Below, in pieces: positions 26,984-36,218 of a DNA stretch of 64,000 nucleotides (position 1 is its first letter; each line of letters opens with the position of its first letter). The notes under the pieces were generated by a model, which worked only from the letters and a program-made list of their open reading frames with translations, did not search any database and was not told where the DNA came from. Origin of the DNA: a virus. A program made the translations under genes and the position numbers. The stretch is from the IMG/VR virus record IMGVR_UViG_3300045988_182799; one strand, written 5' to 3'.

Positions 26984-27601
26984 TTATTTGGGTGTTATTG
27001 TTAACGGTGTCCCAATTTTGACAGCTAAGAACCAGTGACCACTCCTACATTCTACCTTATGATATATTACCCGCGCCTTGTTCGTTTTGTCTAATGCTAT
27101 TTTTTCTCCTGTTAGAAGCTCTATACGATTATTTTCATAATCAACAATTCCAAGCAGAATTTGCTTTGTCTCACTTGGCGCGATAAATTCGATTGTAACA
27201 AATTTCTGTTCGTTGACAACAATTTCTATGTCAGTTGCAACATCATTTCCTTTGTTATATATATCAAGTTTGATTGCAAATTTTTGGGCGTGGTCGAGCA
27301 GCGCTTCTTCAAAGTCATTGGCGTTCATTCTCGCGATTACATTTGCACTTTTGCTTGCTTGTAAACAATATTGCTTTTCTTCTATATCAGCTGTTTTTTG
27401 TGTGAGGATTATAATGCTGACTAAATTAAGCGTTTCAACGACGCTTGCTATAATTTCCCACGCATCATTGATTTTCAGACAATACAGAGCTACCCTGACT
27501 ATTAGTATAATGATTGCGGAAATGCTCCAAACGTAAACAGGCTTTACTTTTCTTTTGAAGTGCTTATCATTTGATTCCATAGCATTTAATATTGTTTTCA
27601 A
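26984..27601 (-). CDS. membrane protein (205 aa, N-terminal TM)
   Basis: KPVYVWSISAIIILIVRVALYCL hydrophobic segment. Confidence 0.5.
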   Translation of the reverse strand: MKTILNAMESNDKHFKRKVKPVYVWSISAIIILIVRVALYCLKINDAWEIIASVVETLNLVSIIILTQKTADIEEKQYCLQASKSANVIARMNANDFEEALLDHAQKFAIKLDIYNKGNDVATDIEIVVNEQKFVTIEFIAPSETKQILLGIVDYENNRIELLTGEKIALDKTNKARVIYHKVECRSGHWFLAVKIGTPLTITPK

Positions 27602-29048
27602 TCTCTTCCCCTAACTCCCTATTTGTCTCCGCATCCCCCACCATATCTCTCAGCAATACAAACATAGCTCTCAACACAATGCCAGAGCCATGATAACGCC
27701 CAACACGCTGGTGGTTTTCAGGGTCACAACAAGCGTCCAGTATCGTCGCTTGCCTGAACGCGACAGCCGCATTAAGCGCCATCGCAATGGGCGCTCCAAT
27801 GGCAAACTCGCCATCTGAGACCAGTACAAGCTTTGCAAGCCAGACGTAGGAGCGGTATACATAGAGTATCTCTTCCAGCGACATACCGCTCCAATCTGGG
27901 TTGGCGTCGTTGCCTTGGATGGAGACAATCACCTTCTTGAAGCCCGCTTTCGCATGCTGGTACTTCCTATCGGCCACATCCAGACATGCGATTTGGAACA
28001 TTGCCTTGTAAGAGGAATCATCCAGTTGCAGAGCTTTCTGGAAGCATTGCAATGCTCTCTCGCAGTCTGCATACATTTGCTTTTCGGACAGGCCGTATTG
28101 AAGGAATATCTCGGCCGTAAAAGGCATTGTCTCTTTGGAGGCGTGCTCTATGGCATCACGCAGGTATGGTCTTGCATCAAGAGCAAATTGCGGCTGTCCT
28201 TCGCACAACGCGGCAGCCAGACGGTACATAGGCACGAAGCCGGGGGCTACGCGGTAGATTTTGTTCAGCTCCGAGAGCAGCTTCTCTACCGGTTCAAGAA
28301 TCGAAAGCAGCCTTATTGTCAAAGAGGTGTAAGTCTCCAACGCGGCTGTAAGCTCTCTTAGATGTCTCTGTGCGTTCACATAAGCGTACACGGAATAGAT
28401 GCTCTGTGGCCCTACTCGACTTTGCTTTTCCAGCCCAATGAAGAAATCTGCCATCTCGTTAAGGAAGCTGTCTTCCGGCAACTTGTAATCACTCTTTAGG
28501 CTGAGAGCCTTCAGTTCGCTCATTTTCAGAACCTGAAACGTACTCTTGATTTGCAAGTGCGCGAACATGTCAAATTGCCAGAAGGTCTCATTGATGTGCT
28601 GTAGACTCGCTACTGCCATCGCATCTCCTCGCCAAACGTGACGGATGATGTCATTAAGCGCTTCCTTCTCAAACCGCATCACAGAGGAACGGCCTTGTAT
28701 AGCATCAGCACCATTGATAATCAGTTTCTGTTCCTTGATGCTGAAAGCGCACCACAATTCATTCTCAGCCGGTTCTGAATCACCGGGATAGCAGTCAGTG
28801 AGAAACAGATACGCTGTCTGTTTATTCTCAGGGTGCGCCAATATCTTATGTTGCTTTGACATGTCTTCGGCCGACATCCTGGTTGTTTTGACCAGGCAGC
28901 CAACGAATGAGAAGAATGTTCTCAAAACCTCTTGCTCTGTACCTACTTGTGGTTCATAGAAGATTTGGATTGCCGTGATGGGTTTCATTATGTTGGTCAT
29001 AATTAACTGGATAAAACGCAAAACCGCACACATGCGTTTACGAATCAC
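27567..29048 (-). CDS. large hypothetical protein (~470-490 aa)
   Basis: Intact ORF. The true start is likely at the internal MKPITAIQ (~28988). Confidence 0.55.
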   Translation of the reverse strand: MIRKRMCAVLRFIQLIMTNIMKPITAIQIFYEPQVGTEQEVLRTFFSFVGCLVKTTRMSAEDMSKQHKILAHPENKQTAYLFLTDCYPGDSEPAENELWCAFSIKEQKLIINGADAIQGRSSVMRFEKEALNDIIRHVWRGDAMAVASLQHINETFWQFDMFAHLQIKSTFQVLKMSELKALSLKSDYKLPEDSFLNEMADFFIGLEKQSRVGPQSIYSVYAYVNAQRHLRELTAALETYTSLTIRLLSILEPVEKLLSELNKIYRVAPGFVPMYRLAAALCEGQPQFALDARPYLRDAIEHASKETMPFTAEIFLQYGLSEKQMYADCERALQCFQKALQLDDSSYKAMFQIACLDVADRKYQHAKAGFKKVIVSIQGNDANPDWSGMSLEEILYVYRSYVWLAKLVLVSDGEFAIGAPIAMALNAAVAFRQATILDACCDPENHQRVGRYHGSGIVLRAMFVLLRDMVGDAETNRELGEEIENNIKCYGIK

Positions 29049-29065
29049 ATGTGTGCGGTATAAGA

Positions 29066-29683
29066 TTATATCGTTTCTTTTTTCGGGTAGATGCCACTCG
29101 TAGTAGCAGTAAACAGCTTTTGGAAGATTGCTACAGCTACCAGGCAGAACCTCTCTGATTTTGTTCTTCCTTCTACTTGCAGGCAGCCGCTTTCCTGAAT
29201 TTGTAGCAGCGCCTTATAGATGGCTCCATAGATGGTCTTTCGGAGGTCTGCATCTTCTTTGAGTACAACCACGATGTCTTTCGATGCCCAGGTGCAGACG
29301 CACATGAGTTCTGAAAACTTTTCGTCTTCTCCTTCAAAGGCCAGCTTCCCGCCGAGTGCGAAAGCTGCAAGTGCCAGTTTGTAAAGGTCCTCGTCATCTT
29401 TCGGCGTTTCGAGTTTGTCAGACTCTTTTGTGGCATCCCATACTTTAAGGATACCGTCAGCATATTTTGCCGACATGAAAGCAAGTCTGGTTCGCGTAAA
29501 ATCGTTTGCCTTTACACGCTGCTCAGTTTCGGGATTGTAACAGGTCGTACTATCTACAATGTACTGCTGCTTCATCGTCGTCTCGATAGCTCGAACTGCA
29601 GGCATCAGACTTTTTGTATAGCTTTCAAGGGCTTGAAAGCCTTTATCCCCTTCGCTATTGCGATTCTTGTAATTGCACTTCAT
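29066..29683 (-). CDS. hypothetical protein (205 aa)
   Basis: Intact ORF. Confidence 0.5.
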   Translation of the reverse strand: MKCNYKNRNSEGDKGFQALESYTKSLMPAVRAIETTMKQQYIVDSTTCYNPETEQRVKANDFTRTRLAFMSAKYADGILKVWDATKESDKLETPKDDEDLYKLALAAFALGGKLAFEGEDEKFSELMCVCTWASKDIVVVLKEDADLRKTIYGAIYKALLQIQESGCLQVEGRTKSERFCLVAVAIFQKLFTATTSGIYPKKETI

Positions 29684-29694
29684 AGATGCCTCCG

Positions 29695-30306
29695 TTACGC
29701 AATAGAATTAACCATATCCAACTCCATACAGAAAACCACGAAGGCCAGGTTGGTGATTTTATCGGCATCCGTATCGAGATGCCCGACAAGTTCCTTGACC
29801 GCACCGCTGTCCTTGAGGCTCTTGGCCGCCTGGTAGACGAGCATGTAGGTGTTGACGTAGATGGCCTGCTGCATCACGCGGTCCTTGGTAATGTGCTCCG
29901 GCATGCAATCCACGGAAAGTGACTTGATGAGCGGATACCAACAGGAAAGGTACAAAGCACCACCCTCATCGTTCATCGCCTGCTGAATCTTGACCTGATA
30001 CTTCGGGTAGTTACCGTTCACGACCTCAATGAACTCGGTATCTTTGAACTCATCGCGGTGGCAGTGAAGCCACAGGATAGCGTTGGCAAGGTCCATGCAG
30101 ATGAGTGCCAGCTTTTCGGCTTTGGCATCATCCAGTTTGACGGTATCGAAGCTGTCAGCATCGATGTCATACTGCTTGTAAATGTTCACCAGCTTGTAGC
30201 TATTCTCCCCTGCGCGTACCTTTGCCTTGATGAAGTCGGTAAAGTCGTGCGCCAGGGCCTCGTAGGCTTTCTGCTGCTCTTCGGCAATCGTATTCTGTTC
30301 GCTCAT
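29695..30306 (-). CDS. hypothetical protein, paralog A2 of a two-member family (203 aa)
   Basis: Start at MSEQNTIAEE with RBS AAAGGAGAA. Shares YKLVN(I/L)Y, A(I/T)LWL, (E/V)DCMP(D/E) and DADKI(T/G)NLAF blocks with 31534-32145. Confidence 0.6.
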   Translation of the reverse strand: MSEQNTIAEEQQKAYEALAHDFTDFIKAKVRAGENSYKLVNIYKQYDIDADSFDTVKLDDAKAEKLALICMDLANAILWLHCHRDEFKDTEFIEVVNGNYPKYQVKIQQAMNDEGGALYLSCWYPLIKSLSVDCMPEHITKDRVMQQAIYVNTYMLVYQAAKSLKDSGAVKELVGHLDTDADKITNLAFVVFCMELDMVNSIA

Positions 30307-30320
30307 GTTGAGTTCTCCTT

Positions 30321-30764
30321 TTATCTTAATTTGGTCCTGATTTCTTCGAGCATCATGCCCAGTTTGTTCTGACCGTGAACGCCCTTGCATCTGGGACACT
30401 GGCAATCCCCCCAATAGTTATCGTGCCAGCCGGTCGTGTCTTCGATAATGTGCCGGTCGCCTGTAGCGAGCAGTCGCTGTTTGAACTCCTCGTTCTGGCT
30501 GAACTTGGCATACAGCACCCGGCGCATCGCTTCGTCTCGAACTTCGTCCCAATCTGGAGAAAGTTGGACCCGGCGGCCGAGTTTCTTCGCCTCGTTCGGC
30601 ATGAGGCAGGCAAACTGGCGTCTCTCCTCCAGCGGGACCTTCTGGGCCTGGAACGCTGCCTCCGCGTTGAGGTAGTAGATTCCATCCAGCACAAAGGAGC
30701 AAGGATAATAATTGCTCAGAAACCCGTAGGTCGGGTCGCCTTTCTTAAACCGCAGCAGATTCAA
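30321..30764 (-). CDS. NADAR (YbiA-like) domain protein
   Basis: FLSNYYPCSF...YLNAEAAFQAQK...EAKKLGRR...PDWDEVRDEAMRRVLYAKFSQNEEFKQRLLATGDRHIIEDTTGWHDNYWGDC...GQNKLGMMLEEIR follows the NADAR fold pattern end to end. Confidence 0.8.
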   Translation of the reverse strand: MNLLRFKKGDPTYGFLSNYYPCSFVLDGIYYLNAEAAFQAQKVPLEERRQFACLMPNEAKKLGRRVQLSPDWDEVRDEAMRRVLYAKFSQNEEFKQRLLATGDRHIIEDTTGWHDNYWGDCQCPRCKGVHGQNKLGMMLEEIRTKLR

Positions 30765-31407
30765 TGTGCATTCCCTCCATGACCCCGGCGGGCGTATCTT
30801 TGAGAACCTTGTATCGCATCGTCGTAACGCCCAGCAGACCGTTGAAGATGGTCACAGCGGTATGCGTGAACAGAGGGTTCTGCAAGGTCATCTTGCCGTT
30901 TGTATCCCACTGGCCTTTGAGTGCAGCGGCCGCATCGTACACAACCATCATCATGGCTTCATACATGTCGGACATCAGCTGTCGGTCGTACTTCTTCAAA
31001 GCATAGTAGCTTGGCAGGTTGTAAACGCGGCCGAGGAGCGGCTCGTCATACAAGGGCGAACCTTTCGCAACCATCGTATTGTAGACTTTGGGCCAGGCAT
31101 CTTCTTTCGGCTTGCCGGTGGTTGCCTGCATCTCGATGTTCTTGAAACCAGCCGTCATGTTGTACAGCACCATGAGCCGCTCGGCAAGCAAGACAGAAGA
31201 TTCAGCCAGGTGCTTTGCTTCCTCATTGGTCATCGCAACCTGCATGGCCGTGCTGTCCGAGTCGTTGCCATAATAGAAATACTGCTTGCGCCCGGCGGCA
31301 GCTTTCTGTACGAGCTTCTTTGCCAGCTGGCTCTCGATGTAATTGTAGATGTCGTTCTCCAACTCGCAGGTGATGCGCGTTGCGGTATAATGGATATTTT
31401 TGTTCAT
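30745..31407 (-). CDS. hypothetical protein (220 aa)
   Basis: Intact ORF between paralog A1 and NADAR. Confidence 0.55.
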   Translation of the reverse strand: MNKNIHYTATRITCELENDIYNYIESQLAKKLVQKAAAGRKQYFYYGNDSDSTAMQVAMTNEEAKHLAESSVLLAERLMVLYNMTAGFKNIEMQATTGKPKEDAWPKVYNTMVAKGSPLYDEPLLGRVYNLPSYYALKKYDRQLMSDMYEAMMMVVYDAAAALKGQWDTNGKMTLQNPLFTHTAVTIFNGLLGVTTMRYKVLKDTPAGVMEGMHIESAAV

Positions 31408-31488
31408 GTAGTAGCCTCTTTCTGCATAGTAAAAAGAAAGAGCGGGCGAGCCGCTCTCCTCAAGACACTTATTTATCTTACGATTTTT

Positions 31489-31516
31489 ATTCTATGCAAT
31501 TCGCACAGACACGCAA
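31489..31516 (-). promoter_or_regulatory. promoter h of the conserved-spacer family
   Basis: Minus strand TTGCGT-gtcTGTGCGAATTGca-TAGAAT. Confidence 0.55.
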
Positions 31517-31533
31517 GGCGAAATAGCGACAGC

Positions 31534-32145
31534 TCACGGATTCATCTCGTATGCAATCAGCGCGTCATTGAAATACTTGAAAGCCAAGTTGCCGATTTTA
31601 TCGGCGTCCTTCGGCAGCTTGTCCACCATGCGCTTAATAGAGCCGCCCGTCTTGAGAGACTTCATCGCAAGGTGAACATTCCAGTACATGTTGGTATACA
31701 CCAACTGCCACTTCTTCTTATCGCCGACATAAGCATCCGGCATACAGTCTTCTGCCACAAGGCGGATAAGCATATCCCACGCATCCAGATAGAGCGGGCT
31801 TGTATTGTCGTTCAGCTTATGGATGATTTGCTTCAGATAGGAAGTGTAGTCTTCCCCGCTGATGTCAACGAGCTCGATGTCTGCGAACTTGTCGCGGAAG
31901 TAGTACAGCCAAAGCGTTGCTTTTGCAAGGTCGCAGCTGGCCGCAGCAAGCAGCTGAGCCTTTTCGTCCGGCAAAGTCACAATCTTGGCATCAGGGTCAT
32001 CCAAGCCCTTCTCACCATAGAGATTGACCAGCTTGTACTGGTCTTTGCCGACTCTATCCTCTCTGCGAATAAACTCTTTGAAGTCTTCCACGAAGGCAAT
32101 GTATGCCTGGACTTGCGGGTCGTTTTTCGGGTTGAACTCACTCAT
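31534..32145 (-). CDS. hypothetical protein, paralog A1 (203 aa)
   Basis: See paralog A2. Sits behind promoter i. Confidence 0.6.
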   Translation of the reverse strand: MSEFNPKNDPQVQAYIAFVEDFKEFIRREDRVGKDQYKLVNLYGEKGLDDPDAKIVTLPDEKAQLLAAASCDLAKATLWLYYFRDKFADIELVDISGEDYTSYLKQIIHKLNDNTSPLYLDAWDMLIRLVAEDCMPDAYVGDKKKWQLVYTNMYWNVHLAMKSLKTGGSIKRMVDKLPKDADKIGNLAFKYFNDALIAYEMNP

Positions 32146-32178
32146 GTGCGCTTCTCCTTTACTTTAGTCTACCTACAA

Positions 32179-32206
32179 TGATACTCAATTCGAACGGATG
32201 AACAAG
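32179..32206 (-). promoter_or_regulatory. promoter i of the conserved-spacer family
   Basis: Minus strand TTGTTC-atcCGTTCGAATTGag-TATCAT. Confidence 0.5.
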
Positions 32207-32335
32207 GAACCTTACGACATGTACATGGTTTCTTTAGAAATTGTTATCACGCTTTTAATAAACAGCGTCAAATCTCGCATTTTTGTATTCCATGTGTTAT
32301 AAATGCAAGTAGAAAAGAAGGATGAGGCGTTTTTT

Positions 32336-32770
32336 ATGACACAAACTGATACTAAGACCCGTATCACTGGTTTTGGCTTTTACCTGGATGAAATCGAAAA
32401 GCTGATATTTTACATTTTCCTTGAGAATCATCATCAGACTACAGATGCAATGACCGCTTCGGATAATGTTCGGGTGTTCCTTGACCGTATTTGTCTCGAT
32501 AACGGCCGCATTAACTACGATGAAGCGGATAGGCTTTTGGCAAAGGATGACGATTGTGCCTTGATGGGCGAATGCCTTACTGCTATCCTCAATTATGAGT
32601 TTGGAGAAGAGCTACTCTCTTGCCACTGTAGCGGTTCGACCGCCATGAACCGTCCGTGCCTTATACTTTCATCTGAAAAAAGCCATGATGAGTCGGCTTC
32701 GGCGTATGTGCAGAAAGCGGCGAAGGAACTGCTCGTAGATTTTGAGCATGTGTGCCACCATGCCCTGTAA
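32336..32770 (+). CDS. hypothetical protein (144 aa); one of only two credible plus-strand genes
   Basis: ATG at 32336 preceded by GGATGAGG. Divergent from paralog A1 and convergent with the small-protein pair at 32817-33207. Confidence 0.45.
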   Translation: MTQTDTKTRITGFGFYLDEIEKLIFYIFLENHHQTTDAMTASDNVRVFLDRICLDNGRINYDEADRLLAKDDDCALMGECLTAILNYEFGEELLSCHCSGSTAMNRPCLILSSEKSHDESASAYVQKAAKELLVDFEHVCHHAL

Positions 32771-32816
32771 GACAAAAAGAAGGCTGCCACCCCGGAGTTC
32801 GAGGTGACAGCCTATT

Positions 32817-33014
32817 TTATTTGGCACGGCCGTTATAAAGTGCCGCAACCATATCCAGCGCTTCTTCCGGCGACTTACATTTGTAGCTGATGACGGTCCC
32901 GTTACCCATAAGCGAAGAGCCGCAGCGCCAGAAGGCTTTGCCATCGGAGGTATAGATTGTGTTGCCATTAGATACTCGAAGCGTTACTCCGCTATTGGTT
33001 CTGATTTCATCCAT
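32817..33014 (-). CDS. small protein (65 aa), member of a tandem pair
   Basis: Starts at MDEIRTNSGVTLRVSNGNTIYTSDG. Similar to the upstream 66-aa protein (SGVSLRINGTVIFASNN). Confidence 0.4.
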   Translation of the reverse strand: MDEIRTNSGVTLRVSNGNTIYTSDGKAFWRCGSSLMGNGTVISYKCKSPEEALDMVAALYNGRAK

Positions 33015-33207
33015 TGATTGTCTCCTTCCTGCCACCATACTTTGCAAGTACGATTGCAACTGCGTCTTTCATGGTTGTGGCTTCTCCTTCGATTTCGCCA
33101 TCACTCCGAATTAGGCGGCCATTGATGAACCAGTAGGATACATTATTGGAAGCAAAGATGACCGTACCATTGATACGAAGGCTGACGCCTGATTTCGTTT
33201 CAATCAT
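33007..33207 (-). CDS. small protein (66 aa), member of a tandem pair
   Basis: MIETKSGVSLRINGTVIFASNN... Overlaps the downstream paralog by 8 nt. Confidence 0.4.
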   Translation of the reverse strand: MIETKSGVSLRINGTVIFASNNVSYWFINGRLIRSDGEIEGEATTMKDAVAIVLAKYGGRKETING

Positions 33208-33400
33208 AACAAATTACGCCTCCTCCCTTTATAACTTTTTAGGAGTTGCTTTTGCTACAATACGTCCCGTTTCCGAAACATTGTGTTCCAACTGGAACGA
33301 ATTGCGTTTATGACTAACAATAGCACTTGGTTTAGGTGTATAAGCTCTGACTCGATTGGCCTTTGCTCTATTTAGCATTTCAAAGCATGTAGGGCAGATT

Positions 33401-34291
33401 TTATACATGGTTCACCTCCAGGCATTCATTACAGACAGTGCGGTAATAATCTGCCGTAGGCTGCTCGCCTTTAGGAAGCGGCATGATGGGCTTGACATGA
33501 AGGCTCACACCCTCCGTCGGTGAGCGGCCGCAGAGAGTGCAGCGGAACCCATCACGCTGCAGGACTGAGTGACGAAGCTCGGCAGATGCTGCTTTGCGAG
33601 CTGCTGCCCGTCTTTGCTTTTCTGCCTCATGTTCCTTTGCCAGCCTGACAAACTCCTTGGCCTCTGCCATAGAATATGTACGTGTCTCAGAGAGTGTCTT
33701 CCCTCTTGTGGGAGTATACTGCTTGACAACATGGAAGACCGGCTGCGTGACAGGCGTGCCATATACCGCGTCATTCACGAGTTTCTGTTCCCACTTGTGA
33801 TAGAGGCAAAACGGCACTCGGCGGCCACAATCGTCATCTTTCTCCGTCCAGTTGGGCAGGTCTTCGAGTTCTTTTTTGTACATTCCAAACTGGATGTTGT
33901 TGCTATTGGCCCAACCGAAGACCTCTTCAAACGCATCAATTTTCTTCTGGACGGTGCTCATAAAGAGCCGGTCAAAAGAAGCGTTTTCATAGTCTTCCTT
34001 CGTATCTTGAGGATACTCCAGCGTGATTTCCGCATCGACATCATAGAACTCATAGCCTTGATTGATTTCTCGTAGCCCATCGAGGATGTTACTCGTCTGT
34101 TCTACATTCTTCTTGGCATGACGTGTGACCAGAAACCAGATGAGCCCGATAATTCCCAGCAAGCCTGCTGCCACCAGCACAATATCCAAGGGCGTTATCA
34201 TTGCCATTTGGTCCTCAATCCAGAACGAAAACTCGTCCGGCATGTCAATCAGCCAATCACCAAAGTCAATTGGCTTACCGTAGTTGTACAT
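33401..34291 (-). CDS. membrane-anchored protein with a degenerate HNH-like C-terminal zinc finger
   Basis: TM segment ITPLDIVLVAAGLLGIIGLIWFLV. C-terminus FRCTLCGR...LHVKPIMPLPKGE...TVCNECLEVNHV follows the CxxC...H...CxxC layout of HNH but lacks the HH dyad. Confidence 0.5.
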   Translation of the reverse strand: MYNYGKPIDFGDWLIDMPDEFSFWIEDQMAMITPLDIVLVAAGLLGIIGLIWFLVTRHAKKNVEQTSNILDGLREINQGYEFYDVDAEITLEYPQDTKEDYENASFDRLFMSTVQKKIDAFEEVFGWANSNNIQFGMYKKELEDLPNWTEKDDDCGRRVPFCLYHKWEQKLVNDAVYGTPVTQPVFHVVKQYTPTRGKTLSETRTYSMAEAKEFVRLAKEHEAEKQRRAAARKAASAELRHSVLQRDGFRCTLCGRSPTEGVSLHVKPIMPLPKGEQPTADYYRTVCNECLEVNHV

Positions 34292-34470
34292 GTTTCACCT
34301 CTTTCAGTTCAAGCCATTTTCATCATACTTGTCGCTCTTGCCAAGATTACAGATGCTGCAAAGAGTCCGCAGGTTGAATAGCCTGAAAGTCCTTTATGCA
34401 AATATAGATAGAATTCGATATACGATGCCGACTGCAACAAGCATAAGCACCGGAATCCAGCTACCGATTG

Positions 34471-34818
34471 TCATGGGCTGGCTTCCCTGCAGCAAAATGC
34501 TCTTTTTGGGTTCCCGCTCGGAAAATAGAACATCCTTGGCTCCGGGTAGTCATTCTGTTGGCGGCGCTTTGTATATATCCTGCCTTCAAACTCAAATTGA
34601 TATACGACAGAATAGTTGTAGTTCTTATAGGTGGGTTCACTGGAGTCATACGGCAAGTTCCGGATTTTGACAGGCGTAGCCATAGCACAGTAACCTTTAT
34701 CTTTTGCTGCCTGAACCTGCTCTTCGTATGTGTTGAACCAGTGAGGATGCTTGGCTACCGGTATGCCGATACAGATGATGACAATGAAGGTTGAGATAGC
34801 GAATAAAGCGATATTCAT
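34471..34818 (-). CDS. membrane protein (115 aa)
   Basis: N-terminal TM segment LFAISTFIVIICIGIPV. Confidence 0.5.
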   Translation of the reverse strand: MNIALFAISTFIVIICIGIPVAKHPHWFNTYEEQVQAAKDKGYCAMATPVKIRNLPYDSSEPTYKNYNYSVVYQFEFEGRIYTKRRQQNDYPEPRMFYFPSGNPKRAFCCREASP

Positions 34819-36092
34819 TGCCAGTCCCTCCCATAGACTCTGATGTCAGAAGGATATTCGGTCATCATCTTATATTCTTCATCATCAGCCTTCACATCGC
34901 TCCATGTCCACTTACCATCCGCAAAAATAATGACATGTCCCCTTTGAAGCTCTGAGACGTATTTTGCGTTCTTTTCGCTCAAGTGGCATGCTTTTGCCAC
35001 ATTGGGAACCAAATGGCTGAATATTTTGTGGTATACCTGTACATCTGAATCAGCCATGATTTCATGGAGAAACGCATCGTCTATACCGTCGTTAAACACG
35101 CTGGTAACGGTGATTACGGTGCAGTCACAGGGCATCGCGTTCTGGCAGAGGTGTTTGCTCCAGCTCAAAGTGGTGTCACGCTCCAGCATAAACGGAGCAT
35201 TTTTCATAACGTCACGGTTCTCGCCAAAGAATACATCCCGCATCAGAATAGCCTTCTTGTCCGCCTCGTCCTGCATACGCTCGCTGAGGATTTCAAAGCA
35301 ATAGGCCATCATAAAGTCCTTGGCCGTACTGTCTTTTTCGATTTGTCCCCTGTATTTCATAAAGTCCAGCACAAGGAAAGGACTATCCCAATCAACATCC
35401 GTCTTATGGTTGAACCAGCCATAAGGTCCATCTACAAACTGTGAAAGCACGTTTGTGAAGTCATCAAGTTCTTTCAGATGTGCAAGCTTAATAGTCGTAT
35501 AAAAGTCTTCTATAGTCGGGAACTCTTTGTACTGGTCTGAGTCTTCCACGAGAAGACTGGCATTGTCATAGGTGATGCCTTTGACCTTATAAAGGCGGTA
35601 GAGTAACGCATCAAGCAATCCCGCTTGCTCTGGTGTCATCTCAGGATACATTGCTCTGAACACTGTGAGCAGTTCCTGTACTTTTCTTGTTAGAACGGAA
35701 CACTTACGGGAGCCTTCTTTCGGCTTGCGAATGTCGAACAAGTTGATATGTGAGTTTTCTTCTCCTATAATCACGTTCTTACCGCCAAGCTGGTCGCACA
35801 TATAGCCGTACTCTTCACGGCTCAACCCATCCGTTAGGATAGTAGCTTGTGCTCCTTGCTTGCAAAGGCGGTAAAGAATCAACTTGCCAGTAAAATCCTT
35901 GCCCTGGCCGTGGCTTCCGACAATGGAGATGACTGAGTTTTGATGCTTGGAAGCGTCAGTCATGTTGACGACTATATCGGCATCCTCTTTTCCTGTCCAG
36001 CACTTTGCAATGCTGATACCGCCTTCTTCTTGAATCGGTATGATTTCAGGAACATTAGCGGGCGCTTGCTTCTTTTTGAAAAACGGAAACAT
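34815..36092 (-). CDS. P-loop ATPase of the VirD4/TraG coupling-protein type (no N-terminal TM)
   Basis: Walker A IVGSHGQGKDFTGKLIL resembles the APTRSGKGVGxVIP motif of T4SS coupling proteins; a Walker B-like hhhhD is present. Start placed at MFPFFKKK (RBS GGGAGGG); the upstream GTG overlaps promoter j. Confidence 0.5.
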   Translation of the reverse strand: MFPFFKKKQAPANVPEIIPIQEEGGISIAKCWTGKEDADIVVNMTDASKHQNSVISIVGSHGQGKDFTGKLILYRLCKQGAQATILTDGLSREEYGYMCDQLGGKNVIIGEENSHINLFDIRKPKEGSRKCSVLTRKVQELLTVFRAMYPEMTPEQAGLLDALLYRLYKVKGITYDNASLLVEDSDQYKEFPTIEDFYTTIKLAHLKELDDFTNVLSQFVDGPYGWFNHKTDVDWDSPFLVLDFMKYRGQIEKDSTAKDFMMAYCFEILSERMQDEADKKAILMRDVFFGENRDVMKNAPFMLERDTTLSWSKHLCQNAMPCDCTVITVTSVFNDGIDDAFLHEIMADSDVQVYHKIFSHLVPNVAKACHLSEKNAKYVSELQRGHVIIFADGKWTWSDVKADDEEYKMMTEYPSDIRVYGRDWQ

Positions 36093-36126
36093 GTCATTTT
36101 CCCTCCCAATATGTATCTGATTTTTA

Positions 36127-36154
36127 TTATCTGCAATTCGCACAATTCATCAAA
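36127..36154 (-). promoter_or_regulatory. promoter j of the conserved-spacer family
   Basis: Minus strand TTGATG-aatTGTGCGAATTGca-GATAAT. Confidence 0.55.
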
Positions 36155-36218
36155 TTTTCGCAGATACGAAAAAAGCAGCCACCTCCCGAAGGAAGCGGCT
36201 GCGTATCACTAATCCGAA

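Noticed and set aside
29695-32145. Paralog A family as DarT-like ADP-ribosyltransferase toxins partnered with NADAR
   Set aside because: The sizes fit (~200 aa) but neither paralog shows the N-terminal (L)YHFT...NL.SIL signature or any H-Y-E/R-S-E ART triad I could recognise. I kept them as unknown.
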